NCBI GenBank assembly: GCA_000320545.1
Contig: ADNK01001867.1
Span: 1-35,446 of the forward strand
Direction: 5' to 3'
DNA from: Bigelowiella natans CCMP2755
Lineage: Eukaryota; Protista; Cercozoa
Length of the DNA stretch: 35,446 nucleotides
Shown here: positions 12,511 to 25,549 of the stretch, one piece after another
Layout: the number at the start of each line of letters is the position of its first letter
Numbering within the stretch: the stretch's first letter is position 1
Translations under genes and position numbers: made by a program
The notes under the pieces: generated by a model
The model's input: the letters and a program-made list of their open reading frames with translations, nothing else
Database searches by the model: none
What the model was told of the DNA's origin: nothing

Positions 12511-13400
12511 CGCCGCTGGTTGCCCTGCCCCCCGAGCGCAAGGGGTGCTAGCTAGCTAGCAGGGCGTGTGGAACGAGCCTGAAAACCGAGGTGGTCTAGT
12601 CTAGTAGTGGTGTGGGTGAGCTGTGTGCTGTTGCCTCCTCGCCGTTCAGCCTTCCTCGTCAGAGGCAGGGAAAACCATTGAGTCTGAATTGGCCGAGGGG
12701 AGTGAGAAAGTGGAAAAGCGTGAAATGGTGTGCTGCCCTGTGCTCCTTCGTTGACCGGTCCAACGCCCTCTAGCCCTCATTGGCGACCCTCCTGTTGTCA
12801 GAAAACGTCCATTTCCTAGCACCACCTAGCCGCAGAACCATCACCGCTCCCTGCATTGACGATGTTTCGAACGCCGTCGATGCCACCAGTGCAACATTGC
12901 AAGGGAACAACGCATTGTTCAGCTGGATGGAGGGTGACTTTCATTCATGTTTGCACGCAGTTCATGCACACAGTGGCCCACGCTAGCACACTCCATGCAG
13001 CTACGCTGTGATGTGATGCACTGATGCACACCATATCTTCATCATCTTGTGTGTCTAGTCATTACCAATTGTTCAGTGTTCTTGGATTGCATCATTCGAC
13101 AGGCGGGTTCGCGTGTTCGATTTGACAAAAATTGGACATGTTCCCATGCACATGCATTCACAATGCCACGCTCATTTTTTGTGCATGTGTGTGTTGACTG
13201 ACGTGCGAGCAGTTGTGCAGCATCGGCTGCGCGCATGCTGAGCCGTGCAGCACTAGAGCATCGCAATCGTCAGTCTGTCTAGCTCTAGCTAGAGCTCTAA
13301 CGTGTCACGCGTGACCACGCTGCATTGCTAGATTGCAGCATTCATCGATCAGCCTTCGTGCGTTGTGTGCGTTTGTGCAACTAGCAAACAACAACGCGCG
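12511..13400. other. TpA-depleted, CTAG-retaining domain (hypermutated-looking intergenic DNA)
   Basis: Hand count: 21 TA dinucleotides in 890 bp, 16 of them inside CTAG. Confidence 0.85.
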
Positions 13401-13639
13401 GTAGCTATATACTTGTGTGCACGCGTGCACATCCATACAAATCGAAGCTTCGCAGAACGAATTTGCGCATTTCTAGATTTGCTTTGCCCGTGCGCATGAT
13501 CGATCAATGCGCTAGAATGCACTAGTGCATGATGTAATGTGTGGCGATGACATCGCGCCTGCTTTAATCGTGCGATTCTATTAATTTAATATGCGTGTGC
13601 AGAGTGGAAGGAAGAGAACGTGACATGAAATGGACAAAT

Positions 13640-13870
13640 ATGAAATGTTTCCTCATCAAGAGTTCAACTCAAATCTCGTATCAGTATTTGCTGATTTTTC
13701 CTCGTGATTTGGTACGCTACTTATTTTTACGATGAATTGATTTCTTCTCCTAATAGTTCAATTTTCAAGAAGATAGCTCGATAATAAGGTCATGTGAGCT
13801 TATGTTTGTGCCGAAGATATATTCCTGTAGTAGCACAGGGATTGTCATTCACTATTTCATTATCATCATA

Positions 13871-13921
<51 letters not shown>

Positions 13922-14830
13922 ACCCTCTAAATCTCACTCTGTTATTACATACCTACGAATATAATGGCCGAGATAGCCAATCCCACTGTAAGAAAAACTA
14001 GCTGGAAATATAACTCATATGACGGAGTAACCGGAAACTAGAAGAGAGCACAGAACGCATCCACTGACGTTTGCAATCATACATGCAACACAACATATGA
14101 CTGCAAAGGATTTGATCAATGTAGTGACACACTAAAATTCAAGGCAAACCTCTCCAGTTGAGCAACATGAGAATATCACGAAGAATATAACCTGGAAAAG
14201 ATTATAGAAATTCAATCCTTAACTTGTACACAATAGTACTGTGCATTATTTTGGATATTACCACGCTGCCAATTATCTTGTCGAACAGTGACTCTTGACA
14301 CATGGCCAATCGGCTTTCTAGCCAGTGAGCAATTCTCTGCGACAATTTGGAAGGTATCGATTAAATACAGCAACAAATACACTAAAACAAATACACTAAA
14401 TCTCACGACAGAGGAAACTTGTAATGTTTCAAAGTGGAAAAGTTTTGCATTGTTGTTCATGATGCTGCCTCAAGTTTGCGACATTCTGCGCCACTCACAA
14501 CCCAAACTTGTATGTACCCTCCCTCTCCCTGAACCGACCTCTCTGCGGAGCCAGGATTTGCAAATAAATGATGGTTCTCGAGACAAGGCGGAGAGCCAGT
14601 CGCAATGTAAATATAGCCTTGATATTTATGTATAAATTATTATACAAACATTGGTAATTATTTCTTAAAGACAAGTAAATATGGGTTACATATCTCAAAA
14701 CGGTGGCCCTCTTAAGTGACATGTATTTCTTTCTTTTGCATCTGATACGAGTAGGGTACGCAAGAGGGAGTCGGCGTTTAGGGCTTCCGAAAATATCTGG
14801 TTGATGTCGCAGGCTAGAGATCCCTTCATT
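13640..14830 (-). CDS. Possible multi-exon gene of unknown function, divergent from ferredoxin
   Basis: Minus-strand splice-like signals (gtaacc, gtaat and gtaggtatgt donors; tcaag and tccag acceptors) bound short open segments. No consistent protein could be assembled. Confidence 0.3.
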
Positions 14831-14900
14831 TGACGTTTCAAAATAGGAATTACTCCTGAAAAGATTATTTCGGCAATACGTCCGAGCTTCCGCAAAAACC

Positions 14901-16232
14901 ATGTCAGCTCTGTCTCTCAGGTTACCCTCCCCTGCCAGAACAGACTTTTCGATTTTGGTTCGGTTTCAGAACAAATGTGTACAGATTCATTCGAACTAAT
15001 AGCATTGGTTATAGCTAGAATTGGATGTTGGGAGGACAGTGATCGTAGGGTGTTAGATTGTTGGGGTACCCTATGTTGTCACGTGGAAGCTTAAAAAATA
15101 AACACCTATCTGTGAATATGTAGCCTCGTCGTCAATGCGCTTCTTGCCGCTCTTCTAGTTGTAACACTATCATCTTCGTCATCTCTTTCGTCCGGCCTCG
15201 CTCGGAGTCGCATCTCCAGCCGATCCAGTCTGAGCAGCTTCAGATCTCCACTGTCCCTCCAAAACCGAGTATGCCACCAGGCCAGCGGAACCATGGCTAG
15301 GTAAATACTTAGAGAAAAAATCTTTATTTAGGTTTTAGAAATTGTTGTAACGTGGCTAAATGCTCTTTGTATGAACGCAAAGGCGTGGGGTGTCGGTGAA
15401 TGGCCAAACGTACAAGGTTACCCTGAAAACTCCTGGTGGGGACCACGAAATCGAATGTCCAGACGACATGTGAGTCACCTCTTTACATATCTAAATCAAA
15501 ACACAAATATATGATGTTATCATCGCATTGTTGAAATATAAAGACAAACGTATGGTATGAGTTTTGAGATGTGTTATGGGTGTGTTGTTTGTTGTGTGTT
15601 GTGTGTCGTATGTGTTGTGTGCTGTGTGTCGTATGTGTTGTGTGTTGTGTGTTGTGTGTGTGGTATGGAAAGGGGAATACATGTTTGTGCGTTTGAGTGT
15701 TCACTTTTTAATGAGCGGGTGAGTAAGTGAATGTGGAGTATATATAAGTTGTATATCACGAGCAAGAGGAAATATTAATTTGAATAGGTATATTCTTGAC
15801 AAGGCTGAAATGGATGGAATTGCTCTTCCGTATTCCTGTAGAGCTGGTATCAATATAGAAAATTGAAAGAAAAATCTATATCAAGCTAACTCACAAACAA
15901 CAGGATTTTGCATTTCCTGTGCTGGAATCATGGAGGACGGCACCGTAGATCAGAGTGATCAGACATTCCTGAACGTGAGAATGAATTTCCTAATTTATAT
16001 AATCTAAATACTACGATCTTCATATGCCAGCTAAAAAGATATTGTACACATTATTTTAGGAGGATCAAGTGAAACAAGGAATTGTTCTTACTTGTTTCGG
16101 TACTTATTCCGCCTGTATTGATCATCATACCTCGCGAAAGCTTATGCTTGTTTTTTGTTCCATTCCTATTCAGCTCGACCGACATCTGATATGACCGTCC
16201 GTACTCACGTAGAAAACGAGCTGTCCTTATAA
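14901..16232 (+). CDS. petF: Plastid-targeted plant-type [2Fe-2S] ferredoxin with bipartite presequence, 7 exons
   Basis: Exons 14901-14920, 15124-15300, 15383-15469, 15788-15846, 15904-15974, 16060-16099 and 16174-16232 splice to MSALSLSLVVNALLAALLVVTLSSSS (signal peptide), an S/R-rich transit-like region, then [95 protein letters not shown]. All four Fe-S cysteines are present. Confidence 0.96.
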
Positions 16233-16299
16233 ATTGTGACCTGTGAATATTTAAAATCACAAAATACTAAAATCCATTGGAGTTAATTGAAATATTTAA

Positions 16300-17000
16300 G
16301 TATGCCAGTAGATGCTGGCTATGGAGACATAAGTGCCTCGCATAAGTAAAACTAGTCTACGTGCACACGTAGTTAATACTACAGAACAATGCGCTATAGC
16401 TATTAGCGTGTAGGGTAGGTGCCATGCACATTGCATGTACAACAATAAGCAACTCAGCGTTGCAGCATGGCATTGCACTCACTATTCTGTAATGTATAAA
16501 CTTCTATTTGTGGCACCACCCAGTATCGTACGTACGGTACAGTTTGTGGCTGTGACAATGCTAATTAATGATGTGATGATGTGCGCTTGATAATGATGTA
16601 CACACCTGCATAGTTGCCGCAGGTCGCAGAGCTAGCCCTAGCAGAGTAGTATCCATGGCGTACATGCCGCAGAGATGACACAGCCTTGCCAACAGATGTC
16701 GGTATTACTGTCGTAGGCATAAGCTATATTAGGCTAGTAGGGTGACCATTGGAAAAATCCAACCATTTCTCACATATGCGCAGGCCAAGCTGGCACAGAA
16801 ACAGCTAAGCACGTATTATAGTGAAAGCATTACTAGCGACTAGATTAGCACGCTACGCTGAAAATGTCTAGATTTAGAGCCGTTGTGAATATATATGCAA
16901 TGAGCATCGAGCTATCGCACCGACCACCGGGTTTACAAATAATATGCAGTGCCTATTACACGTGCATAGCATGACATAGACCTAATAATACCGTTTACCT
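16300..17000. other. Pyrimidine-purine/short-palindrome-rich spacer between convergent genes (TpA retained)
   Basis: Dense TGCA, ACGT, GTAC, CATG, CTAG and AGCT (e.g. ctacgtgcacacgtag, cgtacgtacg) between the petF and phosphatase stop codons. Confidence 0.65.
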
Positions 17001-17225
17001 CTGTAGTTACCCCATTCTTCGGTATTAAACGATTGCTTCAGACCCTTGTAATCTTGTAGGGGCACAATAGGTAATCAAAGCTAAGAATTCAAATCTGTAT
17101 GATCTGCATGTGGGAAAAATGTTCGTTGTTATCTATTCACTATGGAGGTGGTTCTGACAGCTAAATAAATACTTAGTTGTTAGTACCCAATCATCAGGTA
17201 CTTGCATCGCTGCTTGTAGATTGGC

Positions 17226-18934
17226 TCAGGCTTGGAGATGGTCTGGTAGTTCTCCAAGCTCTGCCTCCGTGCCCATTTTCCCTTCCACAACGCTATCCTG
17301 CACCGCGGGATTATCATCGTTCGAATTTGGTCCCGCCTGCATGTTACCACCCTTCTGATTGTCCGAGCCCAGAGAATGATTACTCTTCTTCCACGGTACG
17401 CCCTTCAAATATATCACAATCAGAGTTGTGAAACAGCCCAGCACGGTGCCTGCAGCAAAAAGGAACACAAAAGAAACCGTCTCGCGGGTGGAGGAATCAC
17501 ATGAAGACGAATCTTTCCCTTCCATTGAAGAGAGTAGTCCAGACAAGCATTGATCAGCCTCCTTGTTTTCGCACGCCTTGCACCAAACCTGCACATCCCC
17601 GTAACTAACGGTGGTGCGGAGCTGGGGGGCAAGTTGCGATAGCGGACACAAGCCTGCAGGAGATGGCGAGGGGCAAACAGAACCAAAGGAGAGTGCCAAC
17701 GGCACTACTTGTAGCCCCTCTTTGTAGACCATCCTCACGGAGCGTTCCTTGCTTACTGCATCTTCGTAGAGCTCGAAAATAAGTGCCGAGGCGTAGTTCG
17801 GGATAGTCTCCTGCTGCAAGGGCGGATTGGCTGTGTAAGCGTCGAGTGTGGCGAATATACTGAGAATCGTAGGGTAGTGTGCCGAGAAGAGAACCCAGGA
17901 GTATAAGTAGGAAGGACTTTGTTCCATGTTTTCCAAGATTTTTAGAAGAATGTTTCCGCCAAGCTTAGTACCAGCCGTTTTACGTCCATACCTGTTTAGT
18001 AGGATCCTCAGGCATGACACTAATTGGTGTTGACTGAAAGTAGGTAGAATCCTGAGGTTGTGTGTCCTGTATTTTATGTGCGCATGCGTGTGTGCGTTGT
18101 TTATGCGTGTGTGCAAGCATACACGTATTACTACAGGTTTATTTTTTTCGGCACAAGATACTTCTGGTGCTCAGCGTAGTGTGCCACTTGTTGGAGGACA
18201 GCCCATTCATCCGGCAGCAGATAGTCACGAATGCTGGGATCTGGCAGCGCTAAGCATTCTACTGAGTTGGGATTTGGGTCGCATTCGGTCTTGGCAACAT
18301 TTATGATGTCAAAAGCGTTCCATACTAGAGATAGTGGCACCAACTTGCCCACCACGGGTCGCATTTCCGTATAGGGATTAAGGGATGGATGTTGGCCAAG
18401 CTTCTGTAGAAGGTCTATATGGGTCTGCTCGAATGACATAAACTCGCTGGATCGATAGAGCTGGTCAAGGGATATGGAAAAAGTTGGGCAGTTTGCATAT
18501 GCTCGGATGTCGACATCATTACCGTCTGCCTTTGTGTAAATAGGCACGTTAGCCCGAGTGACATTTGCAGGCAGCATGCTTGCACCGTCATCTCGCTCGG
18601 GAAATAAACCCAAGGCGAGGTTCTGTGCCGAGACAATTGTTCGAGCGAAAGATGAACTTCGTAGAAGGACCGAGCTTGAATTATAGCTTCTGATCTCCGG
18701 TCTAGACGTTATGGACGAATATCTTTGGCGGAGCCATATTCCTAAGTCATACTGTTGCCTCTCCCCTGTGGGGGTTAGGCGCTCACCACCTCCCTCTTCT
18801 AGAGTTCTGGCAGCCTTGGAGAGCGGAGTTCGAGCTCCATGGCGGGTTACGACTTGCACTTGAATAAGTGTGTGTTGTTGTGCAAGCGCCAGTGCGAAAA
18901 TGAAAACGAGCCAGAATCCCACTACATTACACAT
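17226..18934 (-). CDS. Histidine acid phosphatase (branch 2), signal peptide plus C-terminal TM helix, 2 exons, ~512 aa
   Basis: RHGARTP catalytic motif, LTPTGERQQYDLG and RSSSFARTIVSAQ. Single intron 17992-18161 (gtatct...aacag) joins the two ORFs in frame. N-terminal FWLVFIFALALA; TM segment VSFVFLFAAGTVLGCFTTLIVIYL. Confidence 0.93.
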
Positions 18935-19922
18935 TTTAATTTTTTTTTTCCGAGAAGCAACCTTGAATGATGTCCTCACTTGTTCTACTTCTCTTACGTG
19001 GTACCAAACAAATGCTGCACGGTGTGGGAAGCTTTGCTAGTGCGGTTTGCGGTTTGGAAGCTTTGGAACGGGTGTTGTCTTTTTGATGGAGAGATAAAGG
19101 AGGTCGCAGCAACTGAAACGCAATACATTTGATGAAAATTCGATGGATCTTCAGTTGTCGTATCGTCTCTTTGGCAGTCATTCGAGTATTCACCTCCATT
19201 GCTCGAGCATTAGAAATGTGTGAGACAAGACGCACTTCAGGAAAAGCATTGGGTGCTCCTGTGGTGTTTGAAACCGGGTTTGGACGTTTGTTCCCGGTTT
19301 TCCCTTCGACTTAGAATTACCGTAGTCTATTGTAGATCTACGACATCAAAACCAATAATATTCTCCTAGGAGCAGAAAAAATGGAAAAAATAATCATGAT
19401 GCGCTCGAACACCGACGCTGAATTCAATTTGTGTTCATTTTGCTGCGTGGGAGCTGTTTTCCGGGTTTAAACCCCTTGTAATTTGGAGTATTCGAAATGG
19501 GAAAACTGCCGCTGTGTGGTATTCAACATCTGACAATTTCTTTGTACTTCTGGTCTCATGAATTTTGGGGGAAATGTGACGAAATCCAAGGCATTTTCAT
19601 GTATTTTTACGTCATTTCTGCGAAAAAATGCCTGTTGCGTAATTTCCCCCCCTACATTTCCGTGGCATTTTATCTTAATTTTTGGTGTTAAAAGAAGGAA
19701 GAACACCCCCCCCCCGTCGAGGAGGTAGCGAGGGAAGGCGAGCCAAGAAAAGATAGTGGTGGCTGAAAAAGAGATACAAAACTAGGCCAAGCACCTACTC
19801 AGATCTCATTTCTAAACAATTTTGGTTCACAGCACGTCTCCTCAAGAATTTCCCTTCACTTGGTCGGAATACAAAACCAATGTATACTCTATTTTAGGCC
19901 ATTATCGCCTCTACCCAAGTTC

Positions 19923-22115
19923 ATGATTCCTATCCGCAAAAAGAGCTTACACATTACCCCCCCAAAGGGAGAGCAGCAGTGTTGCGGCAACGAATTTTGC
20001 AAAGCTACAGATTCCGTCAGATGGTTAGACTAGTTTGTTGTCTTTCTTACTCAGCTTTTACATCATTACACCAATAGCTTCATGGACAATGCTTCTGCAT
20101 ATAGGTCACAATCGATCCACATGGGAGCCCAGCGGTGGCTTTGTAATGGTTGTAGTATATCCGTAAGACAAGATAAATTCTGTCCACATTGCGAGCAGGT
20201 AAATACATTGATGCTTGAATGCTTAAGCAGGAATTATTCTAATTTATGTTAAAGGAGTTACAACGTGTGCCTGAAGGTGTCTTTTCTCTATAACCTTCCT
20301 TCAGATTTATAGACAATGTGATCGAAATGGATTTGACGGGAAAGAGTGGGTGTCGTGTGTAAACTGCACGCGATGGACTCACGTGGTAATAGAAACGATT
20401 GCTATTATTGCTGGACAACGTATCAAAATCTCATCCTCATTTCTAGTTACATGTTTACTTTAATTTCTATATAGCTAAGAAAAATTCCATCAATAACACC
20501 TACAGGAGTGTGAGGAACTCAACTGGGGGAAGCAAATAAGGGACATCCAAGCCAAAATCAAAGCAGGTTTATATAATCTTTGTAACGGGAGGCAGGCATT
20601 TTGTGAGATTGGATGGAAGAGGGAGAAAGCGGTTACAAGGTTATAGAAAGGTGATGATGAAAATATGATTAATTCACTCAGGGATGGATGTGATGTACCT
20701 CTGTGTCGAATGCCGCATCCTGGACGATGAGGTAAGGGGGGGAGAATAGCTGTTGAGCCTCGAGCTTCCTTACGATATGATGGATTAGGATTTCTAACAT
20801 CACATTACCCCCCGTTCTCATATTCTTCATGTAGCTACGGGATGACTTTGAAGACCTCAGCTATCTTGAAGAAACAGAGGAGTGTGACGCATACCCCCCC
20901 CCAATTGTCGAGTCGCTCGGGAATCCGTCAGAGGGTGTGGAGCTTGGGGGAGAGTCGTCTTTGTTTTCATCTTCTTGGCAAAGCTCTTCAGAACATGAGC
21001 CACAGTACAATGATCGCAGTGAAGAGGGGGACGTACCAGGTTAGCAGTCTTCTGATGTGTGATCATCTTTATCGTAATGTCGCAAAACCATCATAAATTG
21101 TCATATTACAAATCCCCACTAGATCGGAGCCATAATCGTTATAGCCAACATTATCATCTTCGCGGGAAAAATCTAAGTAGTAAAACGAGGGGAAGGAGCG
21201 TTAATCAGCAGCAGTATGATGTAGAAGGAAATGGTGGAGAGATGAAAGCTACTGTTAAGTTCTCTGGTATTAATATTTAAAATCATTCATACACCAGACA
21301 GTTGCACACTGCTTCTCCTCCATCACCATCGACTGTCACCCTTTTCCCTCCTCCTCCTCTTCTTTTTCTTCTTCTTCTTCTTCTTCTTTATTAACTTCCT
21401 CTTCTCTCCTTCAACTTTTGACGTTGATTAGGTTGCCGTGGTCCGTTCGCAGATATCGGCGGCGGTGTGGGTGGTTCGAGGGAAAAGTATCATCTAACTC
21501 ACCACCAGGACAGTTCTAACACAATAAGTAGCTATGGCAGTCGTTGCGGGGATGATTATGACGGAGATATTAACGGATACTCCGTGCATAATTATCCTGT
21601 CCCCAAACAGGATGGCAAAACAAGCAAGCAACGATGTTTCAAGGTGAGAGGCACGGAAAGGAATGAACAGCAATCCAGGGCTAACAACACAATCCAATCC
21701 ATGCCGCAATTAAAAAAATGAGGAGATCAATCAACCAAAATCATGCTTATCTCCCCCCCCCCATCACTTCTACTTTCCACCACTTGCTTCCATACCCTCC
21801 CCTCTCTCTTCCTTCCAATCCCTGTTCCTCTGTCTTTTTTGAATGTGTCTTCTCCTGCCCTAACTATTGCCGACTGCAAATGTAATGCAATGTCAAAACA
21901 TCAGCAACATCGCCAACTGCCGAGCAGCAGGCCAAAGAGCGAAAACAGACCCCTTGCTAGAGAGCAGCAATTGCAGATCAGAGAAGAAGGAAGGGAGCTC
22001 CCACTCTTCAAGGATTCCTCTCCCCTCCAGGAAGAAGGCGGAGGATACCAATGCAGCAACACAGTTGTTGGTAGTAGCAAGACCGTAGACAATGGTCACT
22101 GCAACTCCTCAAAAG

Positions 22116-22149
<34 letters not shown>

Positions 22150-23388
22150 CGCTGCTACTAATACTACTGCTATTACTACCGCTCCCTTCACTAGTAAGTT
22201 CTGCGAGGAAGAAATCTCTACAATCAACCATTATCCCACTACAACTCCCCAAAAAAATGGGAGGGGAGAGCAGCGGCGACAATCTCATCATAACGATGAT
22301 ACTCATCATCATCTACAAGAGCAGCAGCAGCCCCAGCGACAAAGAGAATCCTCCGTTGACTGTGTCGTGTCCAAACACCAAAGCAAGCAACAAGCACCTT
22401 GTGATGGGATTGAATCAAAGAACCATCTCACACACACAGGAATAAAGCGGGAGACTATGCAACATAGTAATAATAAAAATAGTAATAATAACAACAACAA
22501 GCGCCAACGTCATATGCAGCGGCAGGAGCAAAAGCAACAGGGAATTCGAACGACCTTGATGAGCACAAAAAAGAACAAGGTGTTTGCGTTTCACTCACGT
22601 ACAAACCTCATTATCACCAGGGTAGGAAGAGAATACGGTGCTTGGGCGACAATTGATATCGTTGATTTTCCGGCTTTGTCGCGAATTTTGATCTTCTGTT
22701 ACTGCCGACCGCCGGTTCTGCCGTGTGCCTCATGTATCAAGCTACTCATCGCATGTATTTTAAGAATGTTATGCTGCTGCTGGTCCTGCTGCTGTTGTTG
22801 GTAATTGATGGTATAGGTTCAAATACATCGATGGTTTCGCTGCATCAACTGTTACAAATGGAGGTAATAACATTGCTTGCACCTATCACCGTGCTCGTTC
22901 TTCCTGCATGCGTGAGTAATACCCCACACATGGATGATAAGCCAATAATGCCCCAAACACGTTACTCGCACATAGACGCGTACCGTTGATGACTCCTTTC
23001 GAGTCGATGTGGGAAGATTGGACTTGTTCAAAGGCATCGTGGACGTCAACAAATTGCACCTTTGCCGAGGAGGTGAGGACTGAATGATGACCATGGGTTA
23101 TGAATTATATGTGATGATAGATCGACGGACATCCTCCATAATTGTTATTTATCCACCGATCAATTGTTAGGAACTATCTTCGAATGAACGCGTTCTGTCC
23201 GTCCGAGAAGCGCAGAAGTACTACGAAATCGAAAGGGTACAATTTTTTAGTGTGATTGGAGTAGAGTGAGGAGGAGGAGGTGGTGGTGGTGGAGGAGGGG
23301 AAGCAGTAGACAGGTTTCAACTCCACCAAATATCAAGATGATGGAAGATATTGTTTAGTAAATTCAACACACACACACATACACACAA

Positions 23389-23431
<43 letters not shown>

Positions 23432-24873
23432 GTAATATCATCACCAAGCTGGTATCCCCTCAAATTGCCTCTTTCAGAACAATTTTGACAAGCACCTGGG
23501 TACATTCTTGGAGATGTTCAACAAAAAGCTGAGGAGGTGAGGGAAAGAACATAGAGGAGGGAAAAGGAGTAGCTTGACAAGATTCTCCAACAAGAGAGTA
23601 TGGATGCATGAGTGAGAGTGAGTGTTCGTGTAGTGTTCATTTTTCTCAACTCTTTCTCAATGTGGATTGTGTGTGTGTGTATGTGTGTGTGTGTGTGTGC
23701 GTATGGGGGTTGTGTGTTTGCAGAACACCAACGATTAATTCTAGGCCGCTCGATCTTTATCGACTCTACAGAGAGGTGCTTTTTGGGTTTGTGCTTTTGA
23801 GAGTAGTGGTAGTAGTGCTTATCTGGAATGGGTTGTGGTAATGGGAGCAATGGTGCAAAGCCACCATCTTCCACACCCAATCACACCCTTTCTTCTGTAG
23901 GCTCCACGTCGAACCACCTCCCCCCATTTTCCTCCCCCCCCCTCTTTTGCTCTCGCTCAGGTCGTACACATGGGTGGATGTGACCGTGTAGTGGCACAGG
24001 AGGGCTGTTGGACAAAGATCTTCCGAACATTGGAAAACTATAGTGTCAAGGTAGTAATATGCGACGGTTGTCAGAAAAGGAGATGAAGCTGTAGGAGTAG
24101 CAGCAGGAGTTGTTTTTCTCGTTTTTGTTGTGTTCTCCTCTTATCGTCACCGCTTTCTCCTCCTCCACGTTACCGCCATCGTGGTTTTCGTTTTTACGTT
24201 GCCGTATCATGTGATCGTAGGTAACTGACGCAAGCTACCGGCTGAAAAGATACTATAAGCACTACCTCTATGCATATGAACAACACTTCTACTTCGGCAA
24301 GGTACTGCTGATTGTGCGCTACTTGCATTAGCTGGTAGTAGAAGTAAGTGGAAGGACCTTAGGGAAACAAGGCAGTAACAAATAGAGCTTAAAATACTGC
24401 TGTGGGATAAGAGGATGAGTCGTGTTAGGATAGCAGCCCTTCTGTTGAGCAGCAACGACAACTGCGACGATGATGACACAGCTTCATTGCCCTCTCTTTC
24501 ATTTGCTACATTTCTAAACTTCAAATTACCCCTCCCTATCTATCAGCCGCTAACATCTCCTGAGTTTGAGAGGGAGAAGAATAATGGTTCCTCGATGAAA
24601 TCGTCGAATTCTTCGGGCAGGACTAAACGATCATCGCAGAAGAAGGTGAAGGAATTCATAACTGTACCCACGATGACAGCCACCTTCCCTTCGGGTTTCA
24701 AAGCTGACAGTATGCAGACTGCCACAACTTTTTCGACTCCCACATGGAAAAGGAGCAACAGAATCAACACCAACATCACCAGCACTATGCCGGGAGCAGC
24801 GACGACACGACCTTTAATTTCGAAATTGTCGTCAGCTGCGAATGTTCACTCACAATTGGCCGCAGGTCGATAG
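19923..24873 (+). CDS. Chromatin protein: GATA-like Zn finger, PHD finger, low-complexity linker, zf-CW and ARID
   Basis: Spliced: CCGNEFCKATDSVRWSQSIHMGAQRWLCNGC (GATA-like); FCPHCEQ|IYRQCDRNGFDGKEWVSCVNCTRWTHV|ECE...YLCVECR (PHD, C4HC3); RWFRCINCYKWR|RVPLMTPFESMWEDWTCSKASWTSTNCTFAEE (zf-CW, exons 22817-22863 and 22976-23072); TPTINSRPLDLYRLYRE|VVHMGGCDRVVAQEGCWTKIFRTL...|VTDASYRLKRYYKHYLYAYEQ (ARID, exons 23724-23775, 23961-24050, 24221-24301). Middle exons and both ends are less certain. Confidence 0.88.
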
Positions 24874-24999
24874 CTAATATCTCACCCTATGTTAGAAATA
24901 CTGGAAAAGAGACAAAATCGCAGGATGACTGTACGTAGATATATAAGACTCACTTCTATATTTTGTTATGACATTGTATAACTTTAAATAATAACTATG

Positions 25000-25460
25000 C
25001 ATAGAGTGCGCTTGCGGGCAAACTCAGCTCTGGTGCTGCAAATGAATCTTTATTATCTGCTAGATTTGCCGGCCAGCTAAAACATATGCTAATAATAATA
25101 GCCTATACATTCGCTGCCAAAAATGCAGCTATCCAGTGCGACGTTACAAAGCTAGAAAGAGCAAGCAAGCACCTAGCTGTGCAACAGCATGTACTGAGTG
25201 TCTCGCGCGCTACACCTAGACATACGGATCGGATGTACAGGTTTGCGTCTGGCGCTGGATGTCATCTCATTGTGCTAGCTATACGCACATCAGCTGTATG
25301 ACGCAAGATGAACATACAAACATTACACATGTATATACATAAGTGTCCATATAAATAAATATATGTACATCTAACACATACTAGCACATACAAATAATGT
25401 GACGCTTAAGTGTACATGTAGAGCATTTACCAACGACGATTATTCCTTACATACGCGCAA
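25000..25460. other. Pyrimidine-purine/short-palindrome-rich spacer between convergent genes (TpA retained)
   Basis: Repeated AGCT, CTAG, GTAC, CATG and GCGC plus tacat runs between the ARID gene end and the 25550 stop codon. Confidence 0.65.
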
Positions 25461-25549
25461 TGTAACGGGCTTTATTTCGGTTTTCTAATGAATTATGAAC
25501 TTCTCTCATCATCTAACTCGGCCGTCTTTTGAATAAAATATGGTCGTAG

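Noticed and set aside
12511-13400. Explaining the TA-poor domains as classical RIP, CpG decay or coding-sequence stop avoidance
   Set aside because: RIP and CpG decay increase TA or remove CG, whereas CG is plentiful here. There is no long ORF, the surviving TA sites are CTAG (which contains TAG on both strands), and true exons nearby retain many TA.
15575-15665. Degenerate GTGTT/GTGTCGTAT tandem repeat resembling telomeric or spacer arrays
   Set aside because: It lies inside petF intron 3 and is a decayed (GT)-type simple repeat; no TTAGGG array and no repeat-spacer structure.
18935-19922. ORFs 18936-19235, 19129-19314 and 19467-19706 as genes
   Set aside because: No recognisable motifs or consistent splice pattern; more simply the divergent promoter/UTR region between the phosphatase and the ARID gene.
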